Below, piece by piece: positions 8,996 to 18,411 of a stretch of DNA of 32,904 bases. Below the pieces are notes generated by a model. The model saw only the letters and a list, made by a program, of their open reading frames with translations. It did no database searches and had not been told where the DNA came from. The stretch is from a virus (lineage: Duplodnaviria; Caudoviricetes): IMG/VR virus record IMGVR_UViG_3300011339_000098, positions 1 through 32,904 of that record. One strand, written 5' to 3'. Made by a program: the position numbers and the translations under genes. Numbering within the stretch: the stretch's first letter is position 1; every line of letters begins with the position of its first letter.

Positions 8996-10422
8996 ACTTT
9001 GGTGAGTGGATGCCTGACCAGCCTAGCATCTCTGGTGCTTTGGTGGATGCTAAGAACGTGGTTTCTCAGGCTATCGGGTATGGCCCACTTCCGACTGCGG
9101 CTACATTCTCTGCTGCTGCCTCAGAAAGCCTTACTACACTTGTAGCAGGGAAAACCCCTACTAACGATACCAAGCTATTTGCGGCTGGCTCAACCAAGAT
9201 TTTTAGCGTAAGTGGTGTAGGTGCGGTAACAAATGTATCTAAAACTGGTGGATACACACCTAATGCTTATAACGATAGATTTAGGTTTACTCAGTTTGGC
9301 AACTCTATTATTGGGACTAACTTTAGTGACCCGATGCAAGTTTTTACATTGGGTACTTCTACGGCATTTGCAAACCTATCGGCTACTGCCCCTATCTGCC
9401 GATATTTAACTGTAGTGCGTGACTTTGTGGTTACTGCATTTACTAGCGAATCATCTACTCTTTATCCGTCTAGGGTTCGTTGGTCTGGTATCAATGATGA
9501 GACTACATGGACTGCTGACCAAGTAACCCAAGCTGATTATCAGGACATTCCTGATGGTGGTCAAATCATGGGCATCCGTGGTGGCGAAGTGGGCATTATT
9601 CTCTTGGAAAAGGGAATAAGTCGCATGAGTTATGTCGGCACACCTTTTATTTTCCAGTTTGACACTATCTCTCGTGGCAAGGGATGTATTGCTGCGGGTT
9701 CTATTGCCCAAGTTCAGAGCGTCACTTTCTTTTTGGGTGATGATGGCTTTTACTCATGTGATGGACAGAGTGTTGTGGGTATTGGTTCAGAGAAGGTAGA
9801 TCGTTGGTTCTTTGCCAATGCAGATGAAAGCCAGTTTGGGAATATGTCTGCGGCTGTAGACCCTGTTCGTAAACTGATTATCTGGAACTTCAGAACTACC
9901 TTTGGCAATCGGCAATTGATCATTTACAACTTCAAAACCCAAAAGTGGACTTATGGCGATGCAGGTGCTGACTACATTTCAGACGCTTCTACCTCTGCTA
10001 CAACCCTAGAGGGATTGGATTCTATCTCTAACAGCATTGATGCTTTGACAGTATCTTTGGACTCTATCCTGTACATGGGTGGCAAGTACTTCTTGGGTGG
10101 CACTAATGGGGCTTATGTGGTTACTTACAATGGGGCTAACGCTACTGGAAATATCATTACTGGTGACGTAAATGCTGGCGGTAGATCAGTAGTAACCCTA
10201 GCTAAACCCTATATTGACGGAGGCTCTGCCAATGTTGCGGTAGCTTCTAGGACGCTACTAAGTGAGCAAACCTCGTTTAGTACGGCTTTAGCGGCTGACT
10301 CTGATAACAGAGTATCTCTTAGGTCTAATGGTAACTTCCATCAATTACAAGTAATTCCTACTGGTAACTGGAAAACTGCTGTTTCCGTGGATGTTGAACT
10401 TCAGGGTCAGGGGATTAGATAA
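8977..10422 (+). CDS. Tail nozzle/hub protein (P22 gp10 / T7 gp12-like beta-propeller)
   Basis: FGEWMPDQP start, VRWSGIND..W, GCIAAGS and FFLGDDGFY propeller motifs. Confidence 0.8.
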   Translation: MATTKLNFGEWMPDQPSISGALVDAKNVVSQAIGYGPLPTAATFSAAASESLTTLVAGKTPTNDTKLFAAGSTKIFSVSGVGAVTNVSKTGGYTPNAYNDRFRFTQFGNSIIGTNFSDPMQVFTLGTSTAFANLSATAPICRYLTVVRDFVVTAFTSESSTLYPSRVRWSGINDETTWTADQVTQADYQDIPDGGQIMGIRGGEVGIILLEKGISRMSYVGTPFIFQFDTISRGKGCIAAGSIAQVQSVTFFLGDDGFYSCDGQSVVGIGSEKVDRWFFANADESQFGNMSAAVDPVRKLIIWNFRTTFGNRQLIIYNFKTQKWTYGDAGADYISDASTSATTLEGLDSISNSIDALTVSLDSILYMGGKYFLGGTNGAYVVTYNGANATGNIITGDVNAGGRSVVTLAKPYIDGGSANVAVASRTLLSEQTSFSTALAADSDNRVSLRSNGNFHQLQVIPTGNWKTAVSVDVELQGQGIR

Positions 10423-11210
10423 TGTTTAGAACGCTTCCTCCGTTTGGTGGAGATCAGCGAGAGACTGCTGAGATTATCCGTGGAATCATGGATGGCAAAA
10501 CCAACAATACTGGAACGCTGACTCTGGCTACTGGTGGTGCTACGACAACCACTCTTAATGATCGTAGGATAGGTGGAGACAGCGTTATTTTGTTTGTGCC
10601 TACGTCTGCCGCGGCTTTTGCTGATTCTGTTCCTTATGGGGCTTTTCAGAGCGTTGTTGACCAAACCCTTGCTGCGGCAAATACTGCCTATGCAATGACT
10701 TTAGACACTACTGACTACTCAAATGGTGTAACTTTGAGTAACAGTTCTAGGATAAATGTCAAAAACGCTGGAGTTTATAACTTCCAATGGTCTGGTCAGT
10801 TTCAGAATACAGACACCCAAGAGCATGATGCAAGTGTTTGGTTGCGTAAAAATGGCACAAATATAGCTGGCTCTACTGGTCTTGTTGGTGTTCCTAGTTC
10901 TCACGGAGGAATTGATGGACATACAGTTGTTGGTTGGAACTACTTTCTTGACTTAGCGGCTAACGACTATATTGAACTTTATTGGTCAGCCCCTAGCACT
11001 CAGGTTTCCTTACAGTTTTATGCGGCTGGAACTAGCCCTACTAGACCTACAACAGCATCGTTAATTGCCACAATGAACTTGGTTGGCGGCTCTGGTAGTG
11101 CTACTTTTGGTGGTATTTATGCCAGTAGCCAAGGACAGGGAACGGCTACGATTACCCACTTTGCAAACTCAACTGCCGATAAGAAATACAAATATGTTGT
11201 TATTGGTTAA
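10422..11210 (+). CDS. Tail protein with probable inserted C1q/TNF-like beta-sandwich
   Basis: AGVYNFQWSGQF, WLRKNG and LAANDYIELY strands characteristic of that fold. Confidence 0.65.
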   Translation: MFRTLPPFGGDQRETAEIIRGIMDGKTNNTGTLTLATGGATTTTLNDRRIGGDSVILFVPTSAAAFADSVPYGAFQSVVDQTLAAANTAYAMTLDTTDYSNGVTLSNSSRINVKNAGVYNFQWSGQFQNTDTQEHDASVWLRKNGTNIAGSTGLVGVPSSHGGIDGHTVVGWNYFLDLAANDYIELYWSAPSTQVSLQFYAAGTSPTRPTTASLIATMNLVGGSGSATFGGIYASSQGQGTATITHFANSTADKKYKYVVIG

Positions 11211-11274
11211 TTTTCAATTTATAATGGATTCCGTGGATGACCCATCTTGGAATCCGAAACTCTAGGAGTAAAAG

Positions 11275-12168
11275 ATGGCGACTACATCCAACATTGACCC
11301 AACAATTCAGCCTTATCTAAGCTATGGTCTATCAGAAGCCCAGAAGCTATACCAAGGCGGTGGCCCACAGTACTATGGTGGTCAGACTTTTGTTAGCCCC
11401 TCACAAACTACCCAAACTGGTTTACAAGCCTTAGAGCAACGTGCTTCTATGGGTAGCCCCTTAACTGGTGCGGCTCAAGGTCAACTACAAAGTACCATTC
11501 AGGGTGGTTACTTGCAGGGCAATCCTTTCTTTCAGGGTGCTTTTCAACCTGCGGCACAAGCGGCTGAGTCTAAATTCCTATCGTCATTAGGCAACATTGG
11601 TTCTGCGGCTTCTAAAGCTGGTCGTTATGGCTCTGGTGCTATGAATACCATGACACAAGGTGCTAGTGGTCAATTTGCCAAGACTCTTGCTGATACGGCT
11701 GGCACATTGGCTTATGAGAACTATGCGGCTGAGCGTGCTCGTCAACAGGCGGCTACGATGGCTGCACCTGCAATGGCTCAAGCTGATTATGGTGATATTC
11801 AGAACTTGCTAAAAGCAGGTCAAGTGCGTGAAGGTTATACAGGCGCACAGCAACAAGCTGACATTAACAAGTTTAACTTTATGCAGAATCAGCCACAAGT
11901 TAACCTAACAAATTACTTGTCTAGTGTTTATGGCAACCCATTGGGTAGGATGCAACAACCTGCTGGTGTTCAGGCTGGCCCATCAGGTTTTCAGAATCTA
12001 TTAGGTACTGCGGCTACTCTTGGTGGTCTTTATAAAAACATTGGTGGCGCACAAGGCGTATCTCAAATTGGTAACTGGCTAAGTGGCGGTGGCTCTAGTA
12101 TTCCTAGTGCATATAACGCTGCGGCAAATTATGCCGCTACATCTCCAACTGGTTGGTTGGATTTCTAA
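11275..12168 (+). CDS. DNA ejection/pilot protein (G/Q/A-rich)
   Basis: AGGAG RBS; QPYL..GL.EAQ.LY and GRYGSG motifs; position after tail genes. Confidence 0.7.
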   Translation: MATTSNIDPTIQPYLSYGLSEAQKLYQGGGPQYYGGQTFVSPSQTTQTGLQALEQRASMGSPLTGAAQGQLQSTIQGGYLQGNPFFQGAFQPAAQAAESKFLSSLGNIGSAASKAGRYGSGAMNTMTQGASGQFAKTLADTAGTLAYENYAAERARQQAATMAAPAMAQADYGDIQNLLKAGQVREGYTGAQQQADINKFNFMQNQPQVNLTNYLSSVYGNPLGRMQQPAGVQAGPSGFQNLLGTAATLGGLYKNIGGAQGVSQIGNWLSGGGSSIPSAYNAAANYAATSPTGWLDF

Positions 12169-12178
12169 GGAATAAATC

Positions 12179-13582
12179 ATGGCAGGACTATTAGACATTT
12201 TTGGCACTAGCGGTCAAGACACAATGGGTCTTTTGGGAATGTCCCCAGAGAATATTGCACGAAGCCGTGATGACGCACAAGCCCAAGCACTCTATGCACT
12301 AGCAGGACGACTGTTCCAAGGCGGTAGAGGTGCTTCTTCTGTTGTTGAGGGACTTCAACAAGGTCAGCAAGCCTATAAAACTGCTATGCAAGGTGGTCTG
12401 CAACAACAACTGCAAAACTATCAACTGCAAGAATTGCTAAAGAAGAAGCAACTTGAAGAACAGCAGCGTAAAGACGAATTGATGGCTAGGCAATTGTTTA
12501 TGCGTGGTTATCAACCTGCTGTTGCTGGTAAAGAGTCTATGCCTATCGAGGAAGATGGCAGATTCATTGGTGACTCACAAGCTATTGCTGCTAGACCTGC
12601 ACGATTTGATATTGGCTCAATTGCACCTGAACTCATGGCGATTGGCCCTGCTGGTCAGGCTCAACTTAAAACTGGTCTTGAACTTCAAAAATCAATGGCT
12701 GGTGAGACATTTAAACTTGGTGAAGGTGAGAAGCAATATCAGCGCAATGCTCTTACTGGTGAAATTACTGAAGTTGCGGCTGGCGCACCAAAGCGTGAGC
12801 CAGTACCTATCTCAATTGCTGAATACAATTTAGCAAAAGCCCAAGGATTTGAAGGAACTTTCCAAGATTTTGAAAAATCTAAAAAAGGTTTTACTTATCA
12901 AGATATTGGAAATGCGATTATTCAATTAGATGCAACTGGAAAAGAAGTTTCACGAATTCCTAAAGGTCGTGCGCCAGAAGGCCCTGTAAATTTCCAGACA
13001 ATTGAGACTGACCAAGGGTTGATGGCTTTTAATCCAAGAACTTTGCAAATGACACCTGTTCTTGACGCAAAAGGTCAGCCAATTACTAAAACTGGTAAGC
13101 CAACTGAAGGTGAAACTAATGCGGCTGGCTTTGCATCTCGTATGGTTGCGGCAAATGCAATTACATCTAAATTAGCCGCAGGTAATGTTCCTAAAACAGT
13201 AGAGGCTATTTCAGGTGTTATTCCTTTAATTGGTAAAGCAATACCAGAGATTATTCCTGAAGGTATTGGTGGATTATCTCCAGAGCGTAGGCAATATCTG
13301 CAAGCAGCTAATAACTTTATTCGCGCTAACTTGCGTAAAGAATCAGGTGCGGCTATTGGTGCTGATGAGTGGACTGCTGAGTTTATTAACTACTTTCCAC
13401 AGTACAACGATGATGCACAAACAATTAAGCAGAAAGAAATTTTCCGTAACATTCTGACTCAAAACATGGTTGCTGCTGGCGGTAAATCATACAAAGCACC
13501 AAGCATGACAGCACCTGAGTCAATGACTGATACTTACGGACTAAATCCAAGGTTGCGTGACTCTTTGCGTGGAGGTCGTTAA
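12179..13582 (+). CDS. Ejection/internal virion protein
   Basis: MAGLLD start, Q-rich helices, LRKESGAAI motif. Confidence 0.65.
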   Translation: MAGLLDIFGTSGQDTMGLLGMSPENIARSRDDAQAQALYALAGRLFQGGRGASSVVEGLQQGQQAYKTAMQGGLQQQLQNYQLQELLKKKQLEEQQRKDELMARQLFMRGYQPAVAGKESMPIEEDGRFIGDSQAIAARPARFDIGSIAPELMAIGPAGQAQLKTGLELQKSMAGETFKLGEGEKQYQRNALTGEITEVAAGAPKREPVPISIAEYNLAKAQGFEGTFQDFEKSKKGFTYQDIGNAIIQLDATGKEVSRIPKGRAPEGPVNFQTIETDQGLMAFNPRTLQMTPVLDAKGQPITKTGKPTEGETNAAGFASRMVAANAITSKLAAGNVPKTVEAISGVIPLIGKAIPEIIPEGIGGLSPERRQYLQAANNFIRANLRKESGAAIGADEWTAEFINYFPQYNDDAQTIKQKEIFRNILTQNMVAAGGKSYKAPSMTAPESMTDTYGLNPRLRDSLRGGR

Positions 13583-15618
13583 TGGCTTACGAAAATGTTG
13601 AGCGTATCCGTAAAAATCTTATCACAATGGTTGATAAGAACGCACCTGTTGATGATATTAACAAATACCTAAAAGAAGAAGGATTCACTCAAGAATCTTT
13701 TGTTAAAGCACTAGACCTTGTTAAAAAATCAGGTGGTAAGACTGCTGAGTTTGGCGCAGGTCGATCATTGGCTCAAGGTGCAACATTTGGCTTTGCTGAT
13801 GAACTTGAAGCACTAACGAAGTCACTTGCAGGTCAAGGCACTTATGAGCAAAACCTAGCTGCACTTGAACTTGCTAAACAAAGGTATGGTCAAGAAAATC
13901 CTAAGACTGCATTGGCTACTGAGATTGCTGGTGGGTTGCCTTATGCTTTATTACCATTTTTAGGGACTGCTCGTTATGCACAAATGGCTAGAGAAGCATC
14001 TCCATTGGTTCGTGCAGGAGTTACATCTGGGGCATCTGCTGTCACAGGTGCGCTTACTGGCGCACTCGGTGGTGCTGGTGCTGCAGGGGTTGGTGAGCGT
14101 ATGGCTGGCGCACAAGCTGGTGGGGCATTGGGTGGCTTAGTTGGCGGTGCTGCACCTGCAGTTACCAAGGGCATCGGAATGGCTGGAGGTAAGGTAGTTG
14201 ATGTAACTAGCGGAATTCCTGTTGTTCAGCAAGTTGGTAAGGCTGTTGGGTTGGCTACTGGTCAAAGTGTTGACTACGCTAATCGTGCTAAAGCTAAATT
14301 GCTAGAGGCTTTATATCGTGATAAGGTAAGCCCTGCTGATTTAGAAAAGATGATTCTTGCTTCTGCTAATTTAGAGAGAACAATTACTGGTACTACCAAG
14401 CCAGTAGGAATTGTTGATATTGCTGGTGAAAATGTAAGATCACTTGCTGATGTTGCTCAGAAGTACCCAAGCACAGCGAGACAGACTGCTAAGACAGCAC
14501 TTGAAGAACGAGCCGCAGGTCAAGGTGAGCGTATTCAAGGCGACATTTCAAAATACCTTGGTGGCTTTACAGACCCATTTGAATACACAACAGCAATTGC
14601 TCAACGGCAACAACAAGTATCATCTCCTCTTTATCAAAAAGCATACGCTTATGGTGAGGTAACAGACCCTAAAGTTCTTAAATTTTTAGAACTTCCTCAA
14701 TTTAAAAAGGCAGCTAAAGAAGCCCAAGATTTGCTTGCGGCTGAAGGTCGTTCTGTAGATATGTCTATGCCTACAGTAGAGGTTTTAGATCAAGTTAAAC
14801 GTGGTCTTGATGTTTTAATTAAAAAAGAAACAGACCCATTTGGAAAGATTACTGATCTTGGTCGTATCTATAAAAATAAGAAAAATGAATTCTTGTCTGA
14901 GTTAGATACTGCTGTGCCTGACTTTGGTAGGGCTAGAGCCGCATTTGCTGGTGAAGCTGAATTGCTTGATGCGACAAAACTAGGAAAAGACTTTTATAAA
15001 CAGACTGCGGCAGAAGCTAATCGTACATTTGCCAAGCTGTCTCCATCCGAGCAAGAGGCTTATAAGGTAGGCGCTTTGGATGCTGTAAAAGAAAAAATTA
15101 CAACTGCTAAAGATACTGCTGATATTCGTAAGCGCATATTTGGTTCACCAGCAGAGCGTGATCGTGTTTCGTCATTATTCCCTGATACTGATACTTTCAA
15201 GCAGTTTGAAAAAGACATGATGACTGAATCAATGATGCGTAAGACTCAAGAGAAAATCTTGGGTAACTCTGCAACATTTGAGAGGCAAATTGCTGGTCAG
15301 GCTTTAGAGGCAGAGCCTAGCTTTATTGGTCAAATGATTGAGCAAGGCCCGCTTAGAGGAACTATGGGTTACTTAAAAGCACAAGGTCAAGGTGTTGCTG
15401 GTCAAACAGCAGAGGAACTTGGCCCAATGTTATTTAAACTTGGTGACCCGAGAGCAAATCTCCAAACATTAAAAGCCTTGAGTGCTTATGAGAAATACTT
15501 GCTTGATTTGGAAGCCAAAAAAGCTGCTGGTTTAACTGGTGCATCTACAATGACAGGATTGCTAGACACAGAAAAACCTTATCGTATAGATTTAACTGGA
15601 ATGGCTAACCCCGACTAA
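13582..15618 (+). CDS. Large ejection protein (P22 gp16/gp20-like)
   Basis: QGATFGFADE motif, G/A-rich hydrophobic hairpin, long helical C-terminus. Confidence 0.7.
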   Translation: MAYENVERIRKNLITMVDKNAPVDDINKYLKEEGFTQESFVKALDLVKKSGGKTAEFGAGRSLAQGATFGFADELEALTKSLAGQGTYEQNLAALELAKQRYGQENPKTALATEIAGGLPYALLPFLGTARYAQMAREASPLVRAGVTSGASAVTGALTGALGGAGAAGVGERMAGAQAGGALGGLVGGAAPAVTKGIGMAGGKVVDVTSGIPVVQQVGKAVGLATGQSVDYANRAKAKLLEALYRDKVSPADLEKMILASANLERTITGTTKPVGIVDIAGENVRSLADVAQKYPSTARQTAKTALEERAAGQGERIQGDISKYLGGFTDPFEYTTAIAQRQQQVSSPLYQKAYAYGEVTDPKVLKFLELPQFKKAAKEAQDLLAAEGRSVDMSMPTVEVLDQVKRGLDVLIKKETDPFGKITDLGRIYKNKKNEFLSELDTAVPDFGRARAAFAGEAELLDATKLGKDFYKQTAAEANRTFAKLSPSEQEAYKVGALDAVKEKITTAKDTADIRKRIFGSPAERDRVSSLFPDTDTFKQFEKDMMTESMMRKTQEKILGNSATFERQIAGQALEAEPSFIGQMIEQGPLRGTMGYLKAQGQGVAGQTAEELGPMLFKLGDPRANLQTLKALSAYEKYLLDLEAKKAAGLTGASTMTGLLDTEKPYRIDLTGMANPD

Positions 15619-15627
15619 GGACTAAAA

Positions 15628-16545
15628 ATGCCCAAGACAAAAATTAGTGAATTTAGCGCAACCCCTGCTAATAACACAGACATTGATTCGATCAACATCG
15701 CAGAAGGCTGTGCGCCCTCTGGTATTAACGATGCTATCCGTGAGTTGATGAGCCAACTGAAAGACTTTCAGACTGGTGCTGCTGGTGACTCGTTTGGTGG
15801 GCCTATAACTGGTGCTGTAAATGGTACTGTTGGTGCAACTACACCTAATACTGGTGCGTTTACTACGCTGAGTGCTACAGGTGTTACAACAGTTCAAGCA
15901 GGAACAGCCGCACTTCCTGCTATTACAACAACTGGCGACACCAATACAGGCATATTCTTCCCTGCCGCAGATACGATTGCTTTTTCTGAAGGCGGTGCGG
16001 AGGCCGCTAGGATTGATAGCTCTGGTAATTTGCTAGTGGGTACTACGAGCCAAATAACCAATGAAAAACTTTCTGTAAATACTGGTAATACAGTTGGCGT
16101 AGGAGTTAAAACTACTGGTGGTGCTTCTAATGCTCCTATTTTGTCTTGGAACGCTACAACCACAGGTGATGGATTTTTTGTAGCCTTTGCTACTGAAACA
16201 TCTTTAACAGTCAGAGGTTCAATTACATATAACAGAGCCGCAGGTTTAACTTCTTACAACACCACATCTGATTACAGAGCAAAAGACATTACTGGCCCTG
16301 TAACTGGTAGTGGTGCATTGATTGATTCAGTGCCTGTTTACATGGGCAAGATGAAGGGTGCTACACAAGAACGCCCAATGTTTATTGCTCACGAAGTTCC
16401 TGCATATGCACATACTGGTGTAAAAGATGCTGTGGATAAAAATGGAAATCCTAAATATCAGCAAATGGATGCTTCTGCCCTTATCCCTGTAATGTGGGCT
16501 GAAATTCAATCTTTGCGTCAGCGTCTTGCTGCTGCTAATCTATAA
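15628..16545 (+). CDS. Tail fibre with C-terminal intramolecular chaperone (peptidase S74-like)
   Basis: N-terminal anchor INIAEGCAPSGINDAIRELM; RIDSSGNLLVG; TSDYRAK cleavage-type motif; FIAHE and terminal coiled coil. Confidence 0.8.
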   Translation: MPKTKISEFSATPANNTDIDSINIAEGCAPSGINDAIRELMSQLKDFQTGAAGDSFGGPITGAVNGTVGATTPNTGAFTTLSATGVTTVQAGTAALPAITTTGDTNTGIFFPAADTIAFSEGGAEAARIDSSGNLLVGTTSQITNEKLSVNTGNTVGVGVKTTGGASNAPILSWNATTTGDGFFVAFATETSLTVRGSITYNRAAGLTSYNTTSDYRAKDITGPVTGSGALIDSVPVYMGKMKGATQERPMFIAHEVPAYAHTGVKDAVDKNGNPKYQQMDASALIPVMWAEIQSLRQRLAAANL

Positions 16546-16553
16546 GGACTAAC

Positions 16554-16850
16554 ATGACTACCACTTGGAAAATCTCTCAACTTGATCGTGAAGTCTCTAA
16601 TGGCTTTGTAACTACCGCACATTGGAGAGTAACAGCAGTAGATGGCGACGATATAGCTTCTATCTATAACACTTGTTCATGGTCTGAAGGTACTCCGACT
16701 ATTCCCTATGCAAACCTTACAGAAGCTACTGTATTGGCATGGGTATGGGAATCTGTAGACAAGACTGCTACAGAGTCTGCTTTGGCGGCTCAGATTGCTT
16801 TGCTGAAGAATCCTGTTACTGCTACTGGCACACCTTGGGGTCAAGCATGA
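16554..16850 (+). CDS. Tail-fibre-associated protein (98 aa)
   Basis: AAGGA RBS; IPYANLTEATVLAWV...GTPW pattern. Confidence 0.7.
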   Translation: MTTTWKISQLDREVSNGFVTTAHWRVTAVDGDDIASIYNTCSWSEGTPTIPYANLTEATVLAWVWESVDKTATESALAAQIALLKNPVTATGTPWGQA

Positions 16851-16990
16851 AGTTTGAGTTTGAAGTAAACGAGATTAACTTTATATTGCAGACTCTTGGC
16901 GAACTACCTAGTAAGTCAGGTGTGTGGCCTTTGATTCTCAAGATTAAAGAGCAAGCCGAAAAGCAACTACCTAAAGACGCTGAGGAATAA
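16847..16990 (+). CDS. Small hypothetical protein (47 aa)
   Basis: ATGA coupling; INFILQTLGELP...LILKIKEQA. Confidence 0.65.
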   Translation: MKFEFEVNEINFILQTLGELPSKSGVWPLILKIKEQAEKQLPKDAEE

Positions 16991-16991
16991 C

Positions 16992-17222
16992 ATGGAACAG
17001 CACACCACAGAAGTGGCAACAGCAGTGGCGGCTAAAGCAGCATCAGTAGCTACCTATGGTGGCGCAGGTAGTGCTATCTTCTTTGGTTTAACAGCCAATG
17101 AGTTTGGCGCTCTGTGTGGTGTAGCAATCGGTTTCATTGGTCTTGTGGCTAACATTTGGTTCAAGCATCAGCACCTTAAACTAGCACGAGAACAACATGG
17201 TAACAGCGAAGAAAACAGTTAA
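16992..17222 (+). CDS. Small holin-like membrane protein
   Basis: GAGGA RBS; two hydrophobic segments and a charged tail (NIWFKHQHLK). Confidence 0.65.
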   Translation: MEQHTTEVATAVAAKAASVATYGGAGSAIFFGLTANEFGALCGVAIGFIGLVANIWFKHQHLKLAREQHGNSEENS

Positions 17223-17886
17223 AGCAGCACCTGCAAAGGTAGCCCCTGTTAAGCGTTCTACCCCAAAGGTTGTTGCTCAACCTAAGAAGAATGAATCTAA
17301 TGTTGACAAGGTAGTAGACCTCATTAAGTGGGTAGACAATCCATTTAAGCTGTTTACAGTTATCTTGCTGTCGTTCTTGTTCTTTGCAGGGTACTTTGCT
17401 TGGGACTCACGGCAAGTCTTATTGCAAGCCATTACAAATTCTAGCCATCAGACAGAACTTAAAGACACTCCGTCTTTGATGCAAGTGGCATTAGCTGTTC
17501 AGCGTGATCTTGAGGCTGAGACTGTCACTGTCCACAAAGCCAACCTAGCGGTTAACTCTCGCACACTATTGTTTGCTCTTAACTCTAAGGGTCACGACAA
17601 AACGATGGATGGCACTAACTCCTCGTTGTTTAACAAAGACCCACAACGTAATCAATCCATGATTGCAATGCTTGGTGGTGAGGTGTATTGCGACAAATTA
17701 GTAGTGACAGGCAAGAATTCTGATTGGGAAGAAAAGCAGGGCGTAAAGTATGTATGCCGTGGCGGTATTCCTCCGCAGATGGGTGAGTTTGATGGCTATA
17801 TCTCTGTTGGTTTTAAGGACATTCCTGACGATGCTACGGAGATTAAGACCAGAATAAACCTAGCCACAACTGAGATGAGTAAATGA
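17197..17886 (+). CDS. Single-pass membrane protein with ~160-aa putative periplasmic GAF-like domain (T4 holin T-like)
   Basis: Lys-rich N-terminus, TM KLFTVILLSFLFFAGYFAW, alpha/beta C-domain ending GYISVGF plus helix; two Cys. Confidence 0.55.
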   Translation: MVTAKKTVKAAPAKVAPVKRSTPKVVAQPKKNESNVDKVVDLIKWVDNPFKLFTVILLSFLFFAGYFAWDSRQVLLQAITNSSHQTELKDTPSLMQVALAVQRDLEAETVTVHKANLAVNSRTLLFALNSKGHDKTMDGTNSSLFNKDPQRNQSMIAMLGGEVYCDKLVVTGKNSDWEEKQGVKYVCRGGIPPQMGEFDGYISVGFKDIPDDATEIKTRINLATTEMSK

Positions 17887-18167
17887 AATGGATAGTGCTG
17901 TGCTTGTTATCCATTGGATTGCTAGTATCAGCACAACCCAAGCAATGTTTGTTATCAGATTTCTATGCTTTGAGTTGGATAAGCGAACCAACGATGAGGC
18001 ACATGGAATTGTCTCGTTGGATAACTACGAATGGAGACTCCTGTAAGTCTGACCAACTGCTTGCTTTGTGGAATAACTTGGCAGAATGGGCGGGAGTGGC
18101 AGATTCTGCTGAACTGAGAGCAAAGATTCATTACTACTACGCAAGGGCGAGAGAAAGGGAAAAATGA
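17883..18167 (+). CDS. Secreted small helical protein (94 aa); candidate RI-like antiholin
   Basis: Signal peptide MKWIVLCLLSIGLLVSA/Q; two Cys in the mature part; ATGA coupling. Confidence 0.55.
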   Translation: MKWIVLCLLSIGLLVSAQPKQCLLSDFYALSWISEPTMRHMELSRWITTNGDSCKSDQLLALWNNLAEWAGVADSAELRAKIHYYYARAREREK

Positions 18168-18403
18168 CGATTGACACCATCAGGCTGTTCCCGATGATCT
18201 TGCCCTCTGGCTATCCGCAAACGGATAACCTTGTTGAACGTAAAATGCTGAAACAACAAGAAACTGCTCGTGCTGAACTTGAACAGAAGAAAACACAGAT
18301 AGCAATTGAAGACTTGGCCTTTGAGATTTACCAAAAGAGTGCTGAACAGGCTAAGTTAAGAATTGAGATATTTCAGAATCGTAAACTTGATCTATACGCA
18401 TAA
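18164..18403 (+). CDS. Cytoplasmic helical protein (79 aa)
   Basis: ATGA coupling; coiled-coil character; no TM. Confidence 0.6.
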   Translation: MTIDTIRLFPMILPSGYPQTDNLVERKMLKQQETARAELEQKKTQIAIEDLAFEIYQKSAEQAKLRIEIFQNRKLDLYA

Positions 18404-18411
18404 GGACTAAA

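Noticed and set aside
11226-11262. Hammerhead-like gatga...gaaac
   Set aside because: It reads GGAUGA rather than CUGAUGA, and the stem arrangement does not fit.
1341-16509. Many antisense and alternate-frame ORFs in the track across structural genes
   Set aside because: They lack RBSs and motifs and are shadows of well-supported + strand genes.
17197-18167. i-spanin / o-spanin pair
   Set aside because: The first protein's C-domain is alpha/beta rather than coiled-coil, and the second has an SPase I-type site (VSA/Q) with no proper lipobox.
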